Assembly: GCF_000009705.1 (NCBI RefSeq)
Contig: NC_003272.1
Span: 1,320,001-1,352,000, forward strand
Reading direction: 5' to 3'
Length of the DNA stretch: 32,000 nt
DNA from: Nostoc sp. PCC 7120 = FACHB-418
GTDB taxonomy: Bacteria; Cyanobacteriota; Cyanobacteriia; Cyanobacteriales; Nostocaceae
A model generated the notes under the pieces. The model was not told the origin of the DNA. It made no database searches and saw only the letters and a list, made by a program, of their open reading frames with translations. Shown piece by piece: positions 8,902-17,102 of the stretch. The stretch's first letter is position 1; the number at the start of each line of letters is the position of its first letter. The translations under genes were made by a program, and so were the position numbers.

Positions 8902-9879
8902 ATGACCTCTGAACAAATAATTAGGCGTTCCGACATATTAAATACGCAGGTAATTACCCGCGACAACGGCAAACGGTTAGGAATCGTCAGTCAAGTTTGG
9001 GTGGATATTGATCAAAGAGAGGTTGTGGCTCTTGGTTTGCGAGACAGCCTGATCTCTATCTCTGGTCTGCCCCGCTATATGTACCTTAGCAGCATCCACC
9101 AATATGGCGATGTCATCTTAGTTGATAACGAAGATGTCATCGAAGATATTGAAGTTGAAGCCCTCAGTAACTTGATTAACTGGGAAGTAATCACCGAAAC
9201 AGGCGAAGTTTTAGGTAGAGTGCGGGGTTTCCGATTTGAAGCCGAAACAGGTAAACTCAACACCATAGTCATCGCCTCCTTGGGAGTTCCCCAAATTCCC
9301 GACCAGTTTTTAAGCACCTACGAAATATCCATAGAAGAAGTAGTCAGCACCGGCCCCAACAGGTTGATTGTCTTTGAAGGAGCCGAAGAACGGGTAAATC
9401 AGTTAACAGTCGGTGTTCTCGAACGCCTGGGTATTGGTAAAGCACCTTGGGAACGGGATACAGAAGAAGAATATGGTTATTCCGCACCCCGCGCTGTCGC
9501 ACCATCAAATCAGCTACCTAGCGGCGTACCCTTACAGCCACCCAAACCCAAAGTCCGCACCCCCGAACCCGTAGCCGAGGAAGAATGGACTGAAGATTAC
9601 ATCGAAGAAGAAAGACCACAGCGCCAAGTCATGAAGGCGCGACAATACGAGTCAATTCAATACGAAGAAGACGAAGAAGACAACTGGAGTGAAGCCACGG
9701 GTAGAGACAGATATCAGCCCCCGTCTCAACCCTACAGCAAACCATACACCGAAGATTACGACGATTATGATGACGATGTAGAAAGTGATGCGTGGGAAGA
9801 CGTACCACCCCAACCAGTAAATATTCCCAAGAAAGTCAAAGAAAGACAACCAGAATACGAAGAAGAAGGCGGATATTAA
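8902..9879 (+). CDS. Tandem PRC-barrel domain protein with long acidic, Pro/Tyr-rich C-terminal tail
   Basis: Two PRC-barrel-like segments (LNTQVITRDNGKRLGIVSQVWVD... and INWEVITETGEVLGRVRGFRFE...), then about 140 aa of E/D/P/Y-rich low-complexity sequence. Starts 58 nt after the smc stop on the same strand. Confidence 0.8.
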   Translation: MTSEQIIRRSDILNTQVITRDNGKRLGIVSQVWVDIDQREVVALGLRDSLISISGLPRYMYLSSIHQYGDVILVDNEDVIEDIEVEALSNLINWEVITETGEVLGRVRGFRFEAETGKLNTIVIASLGVPQIPDQFLSTYEISIEEVVSTGPNRLIVFEGAEERVNQLTVGVLERLGIGKAPWERDTEEEYGYSAPRAVAPSNQLPSGVPLQPPKPKVRTPEPVAEEEWTEDYIEEERPQRQVMKARQYESIQYEEDEEDNWSEATGRDRYQPPSQPYSKPYTEDYDDYDDDVESDAWEDVPPQPVNIPKKVKERQPEYEEEGGY

Positions 9880-9897
9880 TTTTTTGGTGATTCATGA

Positions 9898-9939
9898 TTA
9901 AACCTCTCCTATTTGTTTGTAGGAGAGGTTTAATTTTTT
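9898..9939. terminator. Rho-independent terminator shared by convergent genes
   Basis: Perfect 13-bp stem TTAAACCTCTCCT (9898-9910) / AGGAGAGGTTTAA (9921-9933) followed by TTTTTT (9934-9939). It sits between the stop at 9879 (+) and the stop at 9942 (-). Confidence 0.85.
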
Positions 9940-9941
9940 GC

Positions 9942-10511
9942 TTAAGGATTAATAGCAGAATTAGCCATTTTGATGAGAGAATTGCGATCGCCTGCCTTCA
10001 ACCCAAAACTATACTGCACCCCTTGCTGTCGCCACGTCAAAGTCGCATCAGAACAATTAGCCCCACAACGAAAATCCACAAAATAGCCAGCAATACCCTT
10101 AGCTAAAGCCACCCTTCTCCCCTTGAGGCGCGGCGTTGAACGCGTGACAGCCTCCGCCGAAACCACACCTAAACGACAAGCCGTCCCACCAGTACAATCA
10201 GGACTGAAACCCAACAGAATCTCATATTTCTTCGGTGTAGCCGTTTCTATAATGGCGTAAATTGGATTTGTCCCATCCGACTCAGGAATGTATTTAGGCA
10301 ATAAAATCTTAATTTGACTCTTTTGCTTTAACTTCGGCAAAATCGGTTGAAAAACTTTGTGTGGCTGAGAATTAGCTGTTCTAGCTGGTCGTTGTGCTGA
10401 TAGCTGCGGTTGATTATTTGTATTAGCTATAGCCGACGGATAAAAATTGTTGCTGCCGACTAATATCAGTAATATTGATAAATTAGTGAGACTTTTTAAA
10501 CCAAAAATCAT
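9942..10511 (-). CDS. Secreted Cys-containing hypothetical protein
   Basis: 189-aa ORF with a signal-peptide-like N-terminus (LSILLILVGSNNFYPSAIA) and six Cys in the mature part. No recognisable catalytic motif. Confidence 0.7.
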   Translation of the reverse strand: MIFGLKSLTNLSILLILVGSNNFYPSAIANTNNQPQLSAQRPARTANSQPHKVFQPILPKLKQKSQIKILLPKYIPESDGTNPIYAIIETATPKKYEILLGFSPDCTGGTACRLGVVSAEAVTRSTPRLKGRRVALAKGIAGYFVDFRCGANCSDATLTWRQQGVQYSFGLKAGDRNSLIKMANSAINP

Positions 10512-10696
10512 AAAGTAAAACCTATTTCAACGGGTGTATTTAACTTATGTTTCCCATTTTTTAGACTAATCGGTGCTTCATACTCACCTTTAGTATTCTT
10601 AATCTCAGCCCCAGCGATACCTATTTCTACATCTAAAGATATAAGTTTATTTAATTCTGAAATATTAAAGTGAAATATTAATTCAGATAGAAATTT

Positions 10697-10930
10697 ATGG
10701 CAACCGAGCAAGAGCTTCAATCTCTTTTTAATACCTTAGATCGTGATCAAGACGGCAAAATCTCCATTAATGAGCTTTTTTTAAGCCCTGGTTTAAGTGC
10801 AGTCATCTCATCAGAAACGAATACCAATAGCCCCCAAGAGTTGCTAGTACAGTATGATTCAGACCAAGACGGTAGTATTACCTTTGAAGAGTTAAAGAAA
10901 GCAGTTAAGAAAGCAAGTAATTTAACCTAG
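10697..10930 (+). CDS. cse: Small two-EF-hand Ca2+-binding protein (CSE-like Ca2+ sensor)
   Basis: 77 aa with two canonical 12-residue EF loops, DRDQDGKISINE and DSDQDGSITFEE. Size and architecture match the CSE protein described in Anabaena PCC 7120. Confidence 0.85.
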   Translation: MATEQELQSLFNTLDRDQDGKISINELFLSPGLSAVISSETNTNSPQELLVQYDSDQDGSITFEELKKAVKKASNLT

Positions 10931-11002
10931 CAGTGAATCGAAAAAAGTGCAACCACAAGCGTCGTCAGTTTAGAAAAAACGCGGCGACTTTAGCGGAAAA
11001 CA

Positions 11003-11185
11003 TCAAATTTGAGCTTCTGCGCTGGGATGTTTTTGTTTGAACTAAAACTTTGCTGTTCTAAGTGAGAACGTTCTTGTTTTAAACGAGAACGTTTTCGTTT
11101 TAGTTGCTAACTTTTGCCAAATCACATCTGGTAATTCTATTTTGCCTTCAGTGGTGACGTTTGCTAGAAATTCGTACGCTTTCAT
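11003..11185 (-). CDS. Possible 60-aa small ORF (AbrB/antitoxin-like N-terminus, basic heptad C-terminus)
   Basis: Hand translation gives MKAYEFLANVTTEGKIELPDVIWQKLATKRKRSRLKQERSHLEQQSFSFKQKHPSAEAQI, just under the size cutoff of the ORF track. The N-terminal 26 aa resemble small cyanobacterial antitoxin-type proteins. No partner gene is present. Confidence 0.3.
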
Positions 11186-11486
11186 ATTATGTTTATTGTT
11201 CACCAGTTCTAATACTATTTTGACGCTGCGATTACCAAACTAGCTGCTTCTCCATACTGGATTCCACCCCATTGCTAAAAGCCGTAGTTTTACTGATATT
11301 TATTTTGGCATAAGCCAAACTTAGCAGTGTGGACAGGAAGATTTAAAGTGGTACAGAGCTACAATACCGAGTGTGTAGCGTTACGATGTGGCTGTAAGGT
11401 AAGCTGATGTGCATTTAAACTGGGATTTTTGAAAGCTGTACTCCTTGCTGTGTCGAGATTGCTCGCTCGATTTTAAGTTGGGTTAT

Positions 11487-11503
11487 GGTGGGCAATGCCC
11501 ACC
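11487..11503. repeat. GGTGGGCAATGCCCACC palindrome, copy 1 of 3
   Basis: Perfect 8+1+8 palindrome 22 nt beyond the uvrB stop. Identical or near-identical copies lie at 18636-18652 and 25257-25273, each at a gene 3' end. Confidence 0.8.
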
Positions 11504-11524
11504 CTACAGATACTTAGACAGCAA

Positions 11525-13522
11525 TTATCTGCCTACTAATTTATCGCGCAATTGCTTGATGCGATCGCGCAATTTTGCCGCCTCTTCAAATTCCAGTTTT
11601 TTCGATGCTTCTTTCATCTGTGCTTCTAATTTGTCAATCAAGTTAGGAATCTCCTCTAACGGCAATTCATCAATATGTTCTTCAACAACTTTTAAGTCTG
11701 TTGCATTCAACCGTCGAGACACTTCCAAGAAAGACAAAATTGCATTACTCGATTTTTTGACAATCGGTTGTGGTGTAATTCCATGCAGCTTATTATATGC
11801 AACCTGAATACCGCGCCGTCTGTCTGTTTCTTCAATAGCTTTAATCATGCTATCTGTCATATTATCAGCATATAAAATTGCTTGTCCTCTGATGTGTCGT
11901 GCTGCTCTCCCAATGGTTTGAATTAAAGAACGTTCCGCGCGTAAGAAACCTTCTTTATCGGCATCCATAATCGCTACTAGGGAAACTTCAGGTAAATCTA
12001 AACCTTCCCGTAGTAGGTTCACACCCACCAACACATCAAAGCTACCTTGGCGTAAATCCTGCAATATTTCAATCCGTTGAATAGAATTAATTTCTGAATG
12101 TAAATACCGCACTTTCACGCCGTGTTCTTGCAGATATTCTGTTAAATCTTCCGCCATCCGCTTAGTTAAAGTGGTAATCAATACCCTTTCATGGAGGTCG
12201 ATTCTATCTTTAATTTCTCCTAACAAATCATCAATTTGTCCTTCTGTGGGACGAACGGAAATTTCTGGATCAATTACGCCTGTAGGGCGAATGACTTGCT
12301 CAACTATGCGATTTTCGGAAATCTCTAATTCCCAATTTCCTGGGGTAGCAGAAACAAAAATACACTGGTTAACTTTTTGCCAAAATTCCTCTGCTTTTAA
12401 AGGACGGTTATCAGCAGCACTAGGAAGCCTAAATCCATGCTCAATTAATACTTTCTTCCTAGCTTGGTCGCCGTTATACATTCCGCGAATTTGCGGGACT
12501 GTAACGTGAGATTCGTCAATGACTAACAACCAATCTTTCGGGAAATAATCAATTAAACTTTCTGGTGGTTCCCCCGCTTGTCTACCTGCTAAATGGCGAG
12601 AATAGTTTTCTACGCCGTTGCAATAACCCACTTCCCGCAGCATTTCTAAATCGTAACGGGTGCGTTGGTCGATGCGTTGCGCTTCTACCAATTTGCCAGT
12701 TTCTTCTAATTCTGCTTTGCGCTGTTTTAATTCATAGGCGATATCTTCGCAAGCTACCTCTAAACGTTCCTCTGGGGTGACAAAGTGACGCGCAGGATAG
12801 ATATTTACTGCTTGTAAACTGTTGATAATTTCCCCTGTCACGGGGTCAATGTAGCGAATTGCGTCAATTTCATCGCCAAAAAATTCTACCCGAATAATCC
12901 TGTCTTCGTAAGCGGGGCCGATTTCTAATACATCACCCCGGACGCGGAAACGTCCCCTTCCCATTTCTACATCGTTGCGGCTGTATTGTACAGAGGCTAA
13001 ATCCCGCAAAATCTCCCGTTGATTTACTTCCATCCCAATTTGCAGAGGAATAGCGGCTTTAAGGTATTCGGCGGGGATTCCCAAACCGTAAATACAGCTA
13101 ATAGAAGCCACAACAATCACATCACGACGCTCGAATAGCGATCGCGTGGCTGAATGTCGTAACATATCAATCTCATCGTTAATCGCCGCCGTTTTTTCAA
13201 TATACGTATCGGTAACGGGAATATAGGCTTCTGGTTGATAGTAATCGTAATAACTGACGAAATACTCAACAGCGTTGTTGGGAAAGAACTCGCGCAATTC
13301 ATTACATAGTTGCGCGGCCAAGGTTTTATTATGCGCCAGAACTAGCGTTGGTCTCCCAATTTTCTCAATCACTGCGGCGATGGAAAATGTCTTACCTGTT
13401 CCCGTAGCACCTAATAAGGTTTGGTAACGGTTACCTCCTTCGATGCTAGCAACTAACTGGGCGATCGCGCTTGGTTGATCACCTGTCGGACTAAAGGGAG
13501 CTTGCAGACCAAATTCTGTCAT
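11525..13522 (-). CDS. uvrB: Excinuclease ABC subunit B
   Basis: 665 aa. Walker A (GATGTGKTF), DESH box ([11 protein letters not shown]), helicase C motifs and a C-terminal UVR domain ([15 protein letters not shown]). Confidence 0.97.
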   Translation of the reverse strand: MTEFGLQAPFSPTGDQPSAIAQLVASIEGGNRYQTLLGATGTGKTFSIAAVIEKIGRPTLVLAHNKTLAAQLCNELREFFPNNAVEYFVSYYDYYQPEAYIPVTDTYIEKTAAINDEIDMLRHSATRSLFERRDVIVVASISCIYGLGIPAEYLKAAIPLQIGMEVNQREILRDLASVQYSRNDVEMGRGRFRVRGDVLEIGPAYEDRIIRVEFFGDEIDAIRYIDPVTGEIINSLQAVNIYPARHFVTPEERLEVACEDIAYELKQRKAELEETGKLVEAQRIDQRTRYDLEMLREVGYCNGVENYSRHLAGRQAGEPPESLIDYFPKDWLLVIDESHVTVPQIRGMYNGDQARKKVLIEHGFRLPSAADNRPLKAEEFWQKVNQCIFVSATPGNWELEISENRIVEQVIRPTGVIDPEISVRPTEGQIDDLLGEIKDRIDLHERVLITTLTKRMAEDLTEYLQEHGVKVRYLHSEINSIQRIEILQDLRQGSFDVLVGVNLLREGLDLPEVSLVAIMDADKEGFLRAERSLIQTIGRAARHIRGQAILYADNMTDSMIKAIEETDRRRGIQVAYNKLHGITPQPIVKKSSNAILSFLEVSRRLNATDLKVVEEHIDELPLEEIPNLIDKLEAQMKEASKKLEFEEAAKLRDRIKQLRDKLVGR

Positions 13523-13606
13523 ACATCTGTACTAAAGATACCCTATCTCATGTTAGCGATAAATTAATCAGGCTAGTGCTAAGTACTGAGTTCCTACTCA
13601 AAAGCT

Positions 13607-13655
13607 AACAGTCAGCAGTCAGCCGTCAACATTCAACGGTCAACAGTCAACAGCC
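13607..13655. repeat. STRR-like heptamer array (AACAGTC-type, about 7 units)
   Basis: aacagtc-agcagtc-agccgtc-aacattc-aacggtc-aacagtc-aacagcc read directly in the uvrB upstream region. Confidence 0.75.
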
Positions 13656-13866
13656 CATAGTAATTGTTCTTACCTTTGCTCCCCCACCTTTTCAATTAGC
13701 AATTTTCTTTGACAAATTTTCAGAATTTAAGTTTACTTATATGTCACTTTTGAAGATACTTATATATATGCAAGGTGCTTTAAGGGTAAACTCACTTATA
13801 TAGGAAATAATTTGATTTTTCCTTAAGTATTGTAAAGTTAAGTTAATAACCCAGAGGTGTTTAATT

Positions 13867-14349
13867 ATGACCATTAGCAGTACCGGCAAAACGGTCAGTC
13901 CTCGGCAAAAACGCGCCAAGCTCAAAGGAGAAACAACAGTGGAAGTAGAAAATAATCAGGGTCAGAGCTTGAATAAAGAGCAAGTCGAGCCAAATGCTGA
14001 ACTGTCAGTGGAAGCATCAGAGCAAGAACAGATTCACGGAAAACTTGCTGTTGCCGGAGCGCATTCCATTACCGGTAGTAACTGGGAGATAGCTGGAACA
14101 GTCTCAATTGCTGGTTTACGTCCAATTAGTACTAGTACTTTGGAAGTAGTGGAAACAATCGATATAATGGGACTTCGTCCAATTACAGCCCATACATTCA
14201 ATATCGTAGACAGTATTAACCTTTCTGGAATTCGTCCAATTGCTTCCAGTGCCTTGGTTCTGTCTAGCACTTACTCGTCGATGGGCGATCGTCCCGTTGC
14301 ATCAAATACTATTGATGATTCTGATAGTCTGATGGGTTTTATAGATTAG
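13867..14349 (+). CDS. Hypothetical protein with 19-residue periodic G-x-R-P-[IV] repeats
   Basis: 160 aa with an acidic, disordered N-terminal half. The C-terminal half carries GLRPI (aa 83), GLRPI (102), GIRPI (121) and GDRPV (140), spaced exactly 57 nt apart. Followed by a terminator. Confidence 0.7.
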   Translation: MTISSTGKTVSPRQKRAKLKGETTVEVENNQGQSLNKEQVEPNAELSVEASEQEQIHGKLAVAGAHSITGSNWEIAGTVSIAGLRPISTSTLEVVETIDIMGLRPITAHTFNIVDSINLSGIRPIASSALVLSSTYSSMGDRPVASNTIDDSDSLMGFID

Positions 14350-14385
14350 TCAAGAAAATAATTCTATTAATTTATATAACTTGCT

Positions 14386-14416
14386 AACCCAGTTACATGA
14401 AGTAACTGGGTTTTTA
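14386..14416 (+). terminator. Rho-independent terminator
   Basis: AACCCAGTTAC (14386-14396) / GTAACTGGGTT (14402-14412) with a 5-nt loop, running into TTTTT. Confidence 0.8.
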
Positions 14417-14632
14417 ATTTATGTGTGATAAATCAGATCCCCAACTTTTCTAAAAATTCGGGGATATTGTACTTTACTTTCATTTTTTCACTCTTTTTGC
14501 ATAGTAGATCAATGTATCTTGTGGCAGAAGGCTATGGCAAAAGTTTTAAGCTACTTTGTAAATGTAATAACAAACAATTCAAAGTTTACTAATAGCTTTG
14601 AAACTAAAATCTATAAAATTCAGGAGAGAAAA

Positions 14633-14815
14633 ATGAGCTTAGAAGATAGAGCAAAAGCCACTGGTAAAAATATTGAAGGCAAAGCTCAAGAAGCTTTAGG
14701 TAATGTAACTGGTGACCCTGAAGATAAAGCTGAAGGTAAAGCTAAACAAGCCGAAAGTGAAGTCCGTCATGGCGTTGAAGATGTTAAGGACAACGTCAAG
14801 AAAAAAATCGACTAA
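14633..14815 (+). CDS. CsbD-family general stress protein
   Basis: 60 aa, MSLEDRAKATGKNIEGKAQEALGNVTGDPEDKAEGKAKQAESEVRHGVEDVKD..., typical of the CsbD fold. AGGAGA Shine-Dalgarno at 14622-14627. The longer 14519 start in the ORF track adds a non-conserved-looking leader. Confidence 0.85.
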   Translation: MSLEDRAKATGKNIEGKAQEALGNVTGDPEDKAEGKAKQAESEVRHGVEDVKDNVKKKID

Positions 14816-14922
14816 AGCTATTTAGTTTATATCCTCAGGTAATTTAACAATAGACGTAGTCTTTTTATTACCTATGGGTAAAAGGTTTAGTTTGGGAGAT
14901 GGAGGCTAATTCATAAGGCCGT

Positions 14923-14955
14923 TGTAGAGATATCATTCATATCTCTACATTTATT
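14923..14955 (+). terminator. Terminator-like hairpin after the csbD-like gene
   Basis: Perfect 11-bp stem TGTAGAGATAT (14923-14933) / ATATCTCTACA (14939-14949) with a 5-nt loop, followed by TTTATT. Confidence 0.65.
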
Positions 14956-14974
14956 AAAAAAGTTCCTCTGAGTT

Positions 14975-15166
14975 AACTCTCGTTTATGACTCTGATGAAA
15001 GACAAAAATGTAGGTTGGGTTGAAATTTAGTGAAACCCAACAAAACCAATTATTTTTCGTGTTGGGTTACTCTATGAGAAGGCTGCGCCTACGTTCCTCA
15101 ACCCAACCTCGTAAATTTATCAACGCCTTAACAATCAAGGATTATAAATTTTTAGTTAACGAGAGT
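14975..15166. repeat. MITE-like element with nested inverted repeats (four GTTGGGTT/AACCCAAC arms)
   Basis: Outer inverted repeat AACTCTCGTT (14975-14984) / AACGAGAGT (15158-15166). Inside it, GTTGGGTT at 15014-15021 and 15061-15068 alternates with AACCCAAC at 15034-15041 and 15100-15107. No ORF. Confidence 0.6.
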
Positions 15167-15258
15167 AATAGAAGGTCGTTAATTATTTGAAAAATATCAC
15201 ATCAGTAACCCTAATAAATAGGTTGTTATAAATTGTATGTAAATGGGAGGGATAAACA

Positions 15259-15699
15259 ATGATTTGGGTTCAGCAGAGCAGGAAAATCTTGACTACTGTT
15301 GTCTTAGTTTTAGTGTTGATGCTCACGACTGCTTGCGGTGGTGGAAACGTAGCTCAACTTGACCGGACAAGTACCCCATCAGCAATTGGTAGTGGTACAG
15401 CTTATTCCCAATTAGAGCGCGGAAACTCGCCATCTGGACAAACTTTTGGTAACTGGGTCGTACAGACTTCTCAAGGATTAGTTCAAGATGCTTACGTCCG
15501 CGATAACAACAAGTTAGGAGTTGTGATTTCGCGTCAAGTACGTCCTAACGAAGTGCGACCTCTAGTAAAATCTTTGGCCCAGGGTTTCCGCAAAAACTTT
15601 CCCAATCAAGATTTAACTGTTCTCGTGTATGGGCCTGATAAAAAGTTGATTTTGACGGCTAAGTACGATGTTCAGACAAACCAAATTCAGTATACCTAA
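15259..15699 (+). CDS. Lipoprotein (hypothetical)
   Basis: Signal peptide ending in a lipobox-like LTTAC|GGG. GGGAGGG Shine-Dalgarno at 15245-15251. Confidence 0.75.
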   Translation: MIWVQQSRKILTTVVLVLVLMLTTACGGGNVAQLDRTSTPSAIGSGTAYSQLERGNSPSGQTFGNWVVQTSQGLVQDAYVRDNNKLGVVISRQVRPNEVRPLVKSLAQGFRKNFPNQDLTVLVYGPDKKLILTAKYDVQTNQIQYT

Positions 15700-15733
15700 T
15701 CACTGAATTGGCATTAATAAGGAGAAGAGAAAA

Positions 15734-16255
15734 GTGACAAGTAGCGAAGAATACAGAAGGCAAGTCCTAAGAGATTTAGGTGAAGGTAATGTCGAATCTT
15801 TAGATAGCCCAACGGGTGATCCCGCGACTGAATACGAAACCTTTGACGATTTCGCCCAACGGACAACCACAGATCAGCGTCGTCAATTGTTTGGTCGGTC
15901 GTTCCAACCTAATCAGATTCCTTCCAATCAAATGGAACCAGAATTACAAAAAGCGATCGCCCAGATCAAGCCCAACGAACGGGATGATGTAGCCCGCGCC
16001 TTTTTCAAACACTTCAAACAAAGAGGATTGGACGATAGACACCTAGAACAACAACTAGGACTTAGTACTCACCATGCCAGCCGCATGAACGCTGACGATG
16101 TAAGCAAACTTGCATCCTTCGCCTATCACAATCACCCCGACATTTTCCGCGAAGTCCTAGCCGAACAACCAGGAATTATGAAATTCCTCAGCAATCCTGT
16201 AGTTGCAGGGCTGATTGGCATCGCCGCCGCTAAGTGGTTGGGTAGCCGCAAATAG
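15734..16255 (+). CDS. Hypothetical protein with C-terminal membrane anchor
   Basis: GTG start 9 nt after AAGGAG (15719-15724). Single C-terminal hydrophobic helix (VVAGLIGIAAAKWLG). 34 nt after the preceding gene, so likely co-transcribed. Confidence 0.7.
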   Translation: MTSSEEYRRQVLRDLGEGNVESLDSPTGDPATEYETFDDFAQRTTTDQRRQLFGRSFQPNQIPSNQMEPELQKAIAQIKPNERDDVARAFFKHFKQRGLDDRHLEQQLGLSTHHASRMNADDVSKLASFAYHNHPDIFREVLAEQPGIMKFLSNPVVAGLIGIAAAKWLGSRK

Positions 16256-16283
16256 AGTTGAGCTATTTATTTATTAACTATAT

Positions 16284-16311
16284 AAAAAGGTGGGTATTAT
16301 TCACCTTTTTT
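16284..16311 (+). terminator. Rho-independent terminator
   Basis: AAAAAGGTG (16284-16292) / CACCTTTTT pairing with a 9-nt loop, ending in a T6 tract. Confidence 0.75.
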
Positions 16312-16736
16312 ACTGCTGTCTATCTGAAAAACCTCTATCAAATTTTATTACGCGAACGGTGAGTAATAACTCCTCAATTACCAATTGCCAATTAGCTATT
16401 ACCCATTTTTCAAGACTTTCAATATCTAACAATAAAAATTACTGAGTATTTTTTATATACAAAATTGCTAATTATACAGCCTAAAATTTGTTGCATATAC
16501 ATTGCCATGAAGTATAAATTACATTATTGTCTAAATTAGTAATTTAGCTTCTTACTGTTACTTTAATTAAGGAAAGTATGGTGTAAGGGAAAATACATTG
16601 AAAAAGTTCCTAATAGCCTCATTGCTGCCTTTTTATAGATGGTACAGTATAGAAACTAACTAAGTAGATGATGAACCGTTTTCTATGAAGCCTTCTGTTT
16701 AGTTGAATTTACACAAGACTATAAGGGCTTGCTGGC

Positions 16737-17060
16737 ATGAGACTATCTGAGCTAGATCCACTCATACCGCTTATTCATTTAAAAGAAGAACTTCTCAAGT
16801 TACCAAAAGGCTACTCATTTTATGAAGAAGAGGTGGTAGATTTTCTCTCTCGCAGAAGATGGCCTGAGAGCGATCGCCGAATTGACCGCACAACTTTCTG
16901 GCGTTGGAGGAACGATAACGGAATTGAACACCAAAAAGTATTCACTCGATCGGATGTTCTCAAACTCTGTCAAATTTGTGACCACTATCGAGTTGATGGT
17001 ACCCGCACTGAATATTTGGAAATCATGAAAAAGAAAAAAGAGCTAGCACTAAGTAAATAA
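16737..17060 (+). CDS. Orphan 107-aa hypothetical protein in an AT-rich island
   Basis: Intact ORF flanked by about 480 and 380 bp of AT-rich non-coding DNA. Basic and Trp-rich centre (RRRWPESDRRIDRTTFWRWRND). No family recognised. Confidence 0.55.
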   Translation: MRLSELDPLIPLIHLKEELLKLPKGYSFYEEEVVDFLSRRRWPESDRRIDRTTFWRWRNDNGIEHQKVFTRSDVLKLCQICDHYRVDGTRTEYLEIMKKKKELALSK

Positions 17061-17068
17061 AACGTGAA

Positions 17069-17102
17069 CTGTTGACCCTGAGCGTGGTCGAAGGGTCAAC
17101 AG
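17069..17102. repeat. Perfect 11-bp-stem hairpin adjoining a dispersed repeat module
   Basis: CTGTTGACCCT (17069-17079) / AGGGTCAACAG (17092-17102) with a 12-nt loop, 9 nt after the stop at 17060. No T tract follows. It is directly followed by the ACGATGGATT... module (17108-17135), also seen at 4936-4963. Confidence 0.6.

Noticed and set aside
10508-10720. 70-aa minus-strand ORF whose stop overlaps the start of the 9942..10511 gene in an ATGA arrangement
   Set aside because: The ATGA overlap hints at translational coupling. However, the ORF has a single possible Met start, and that start overlaps the first 24 nt of the well-supported divergent EF-hand gene. It has no recognisable motif or Shine-Dalgarno. 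I keep it as unlikely; conservation in relatives would revive it.
11445-11807. 120-aa plus-strand ORF
   Set aside because: It runs mostly antisense to the uvrB 3' end and across the GGTGGGCAATGCCCACC palindrome. It is Ser/Cys/Leu-rich and has no support.
13607-13655. Possible CRISPR array, considered for the short tandem repeats here and at 4897-4930, 3326-3346 and 201-236
   Set aside because: The units are 7 nt long with no spacers. These are STRR-type microsatellites, not CRISPR repeats, and no cas genes are present.
13660-13673. GTA-N8-TAC (NtcA-like) match in the uvrB / repeat-protein intergenic region
   Set aside because: There is no TAN3T -10 box at the expected ~22-nt distance in either direction. 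It is likely a chance match.
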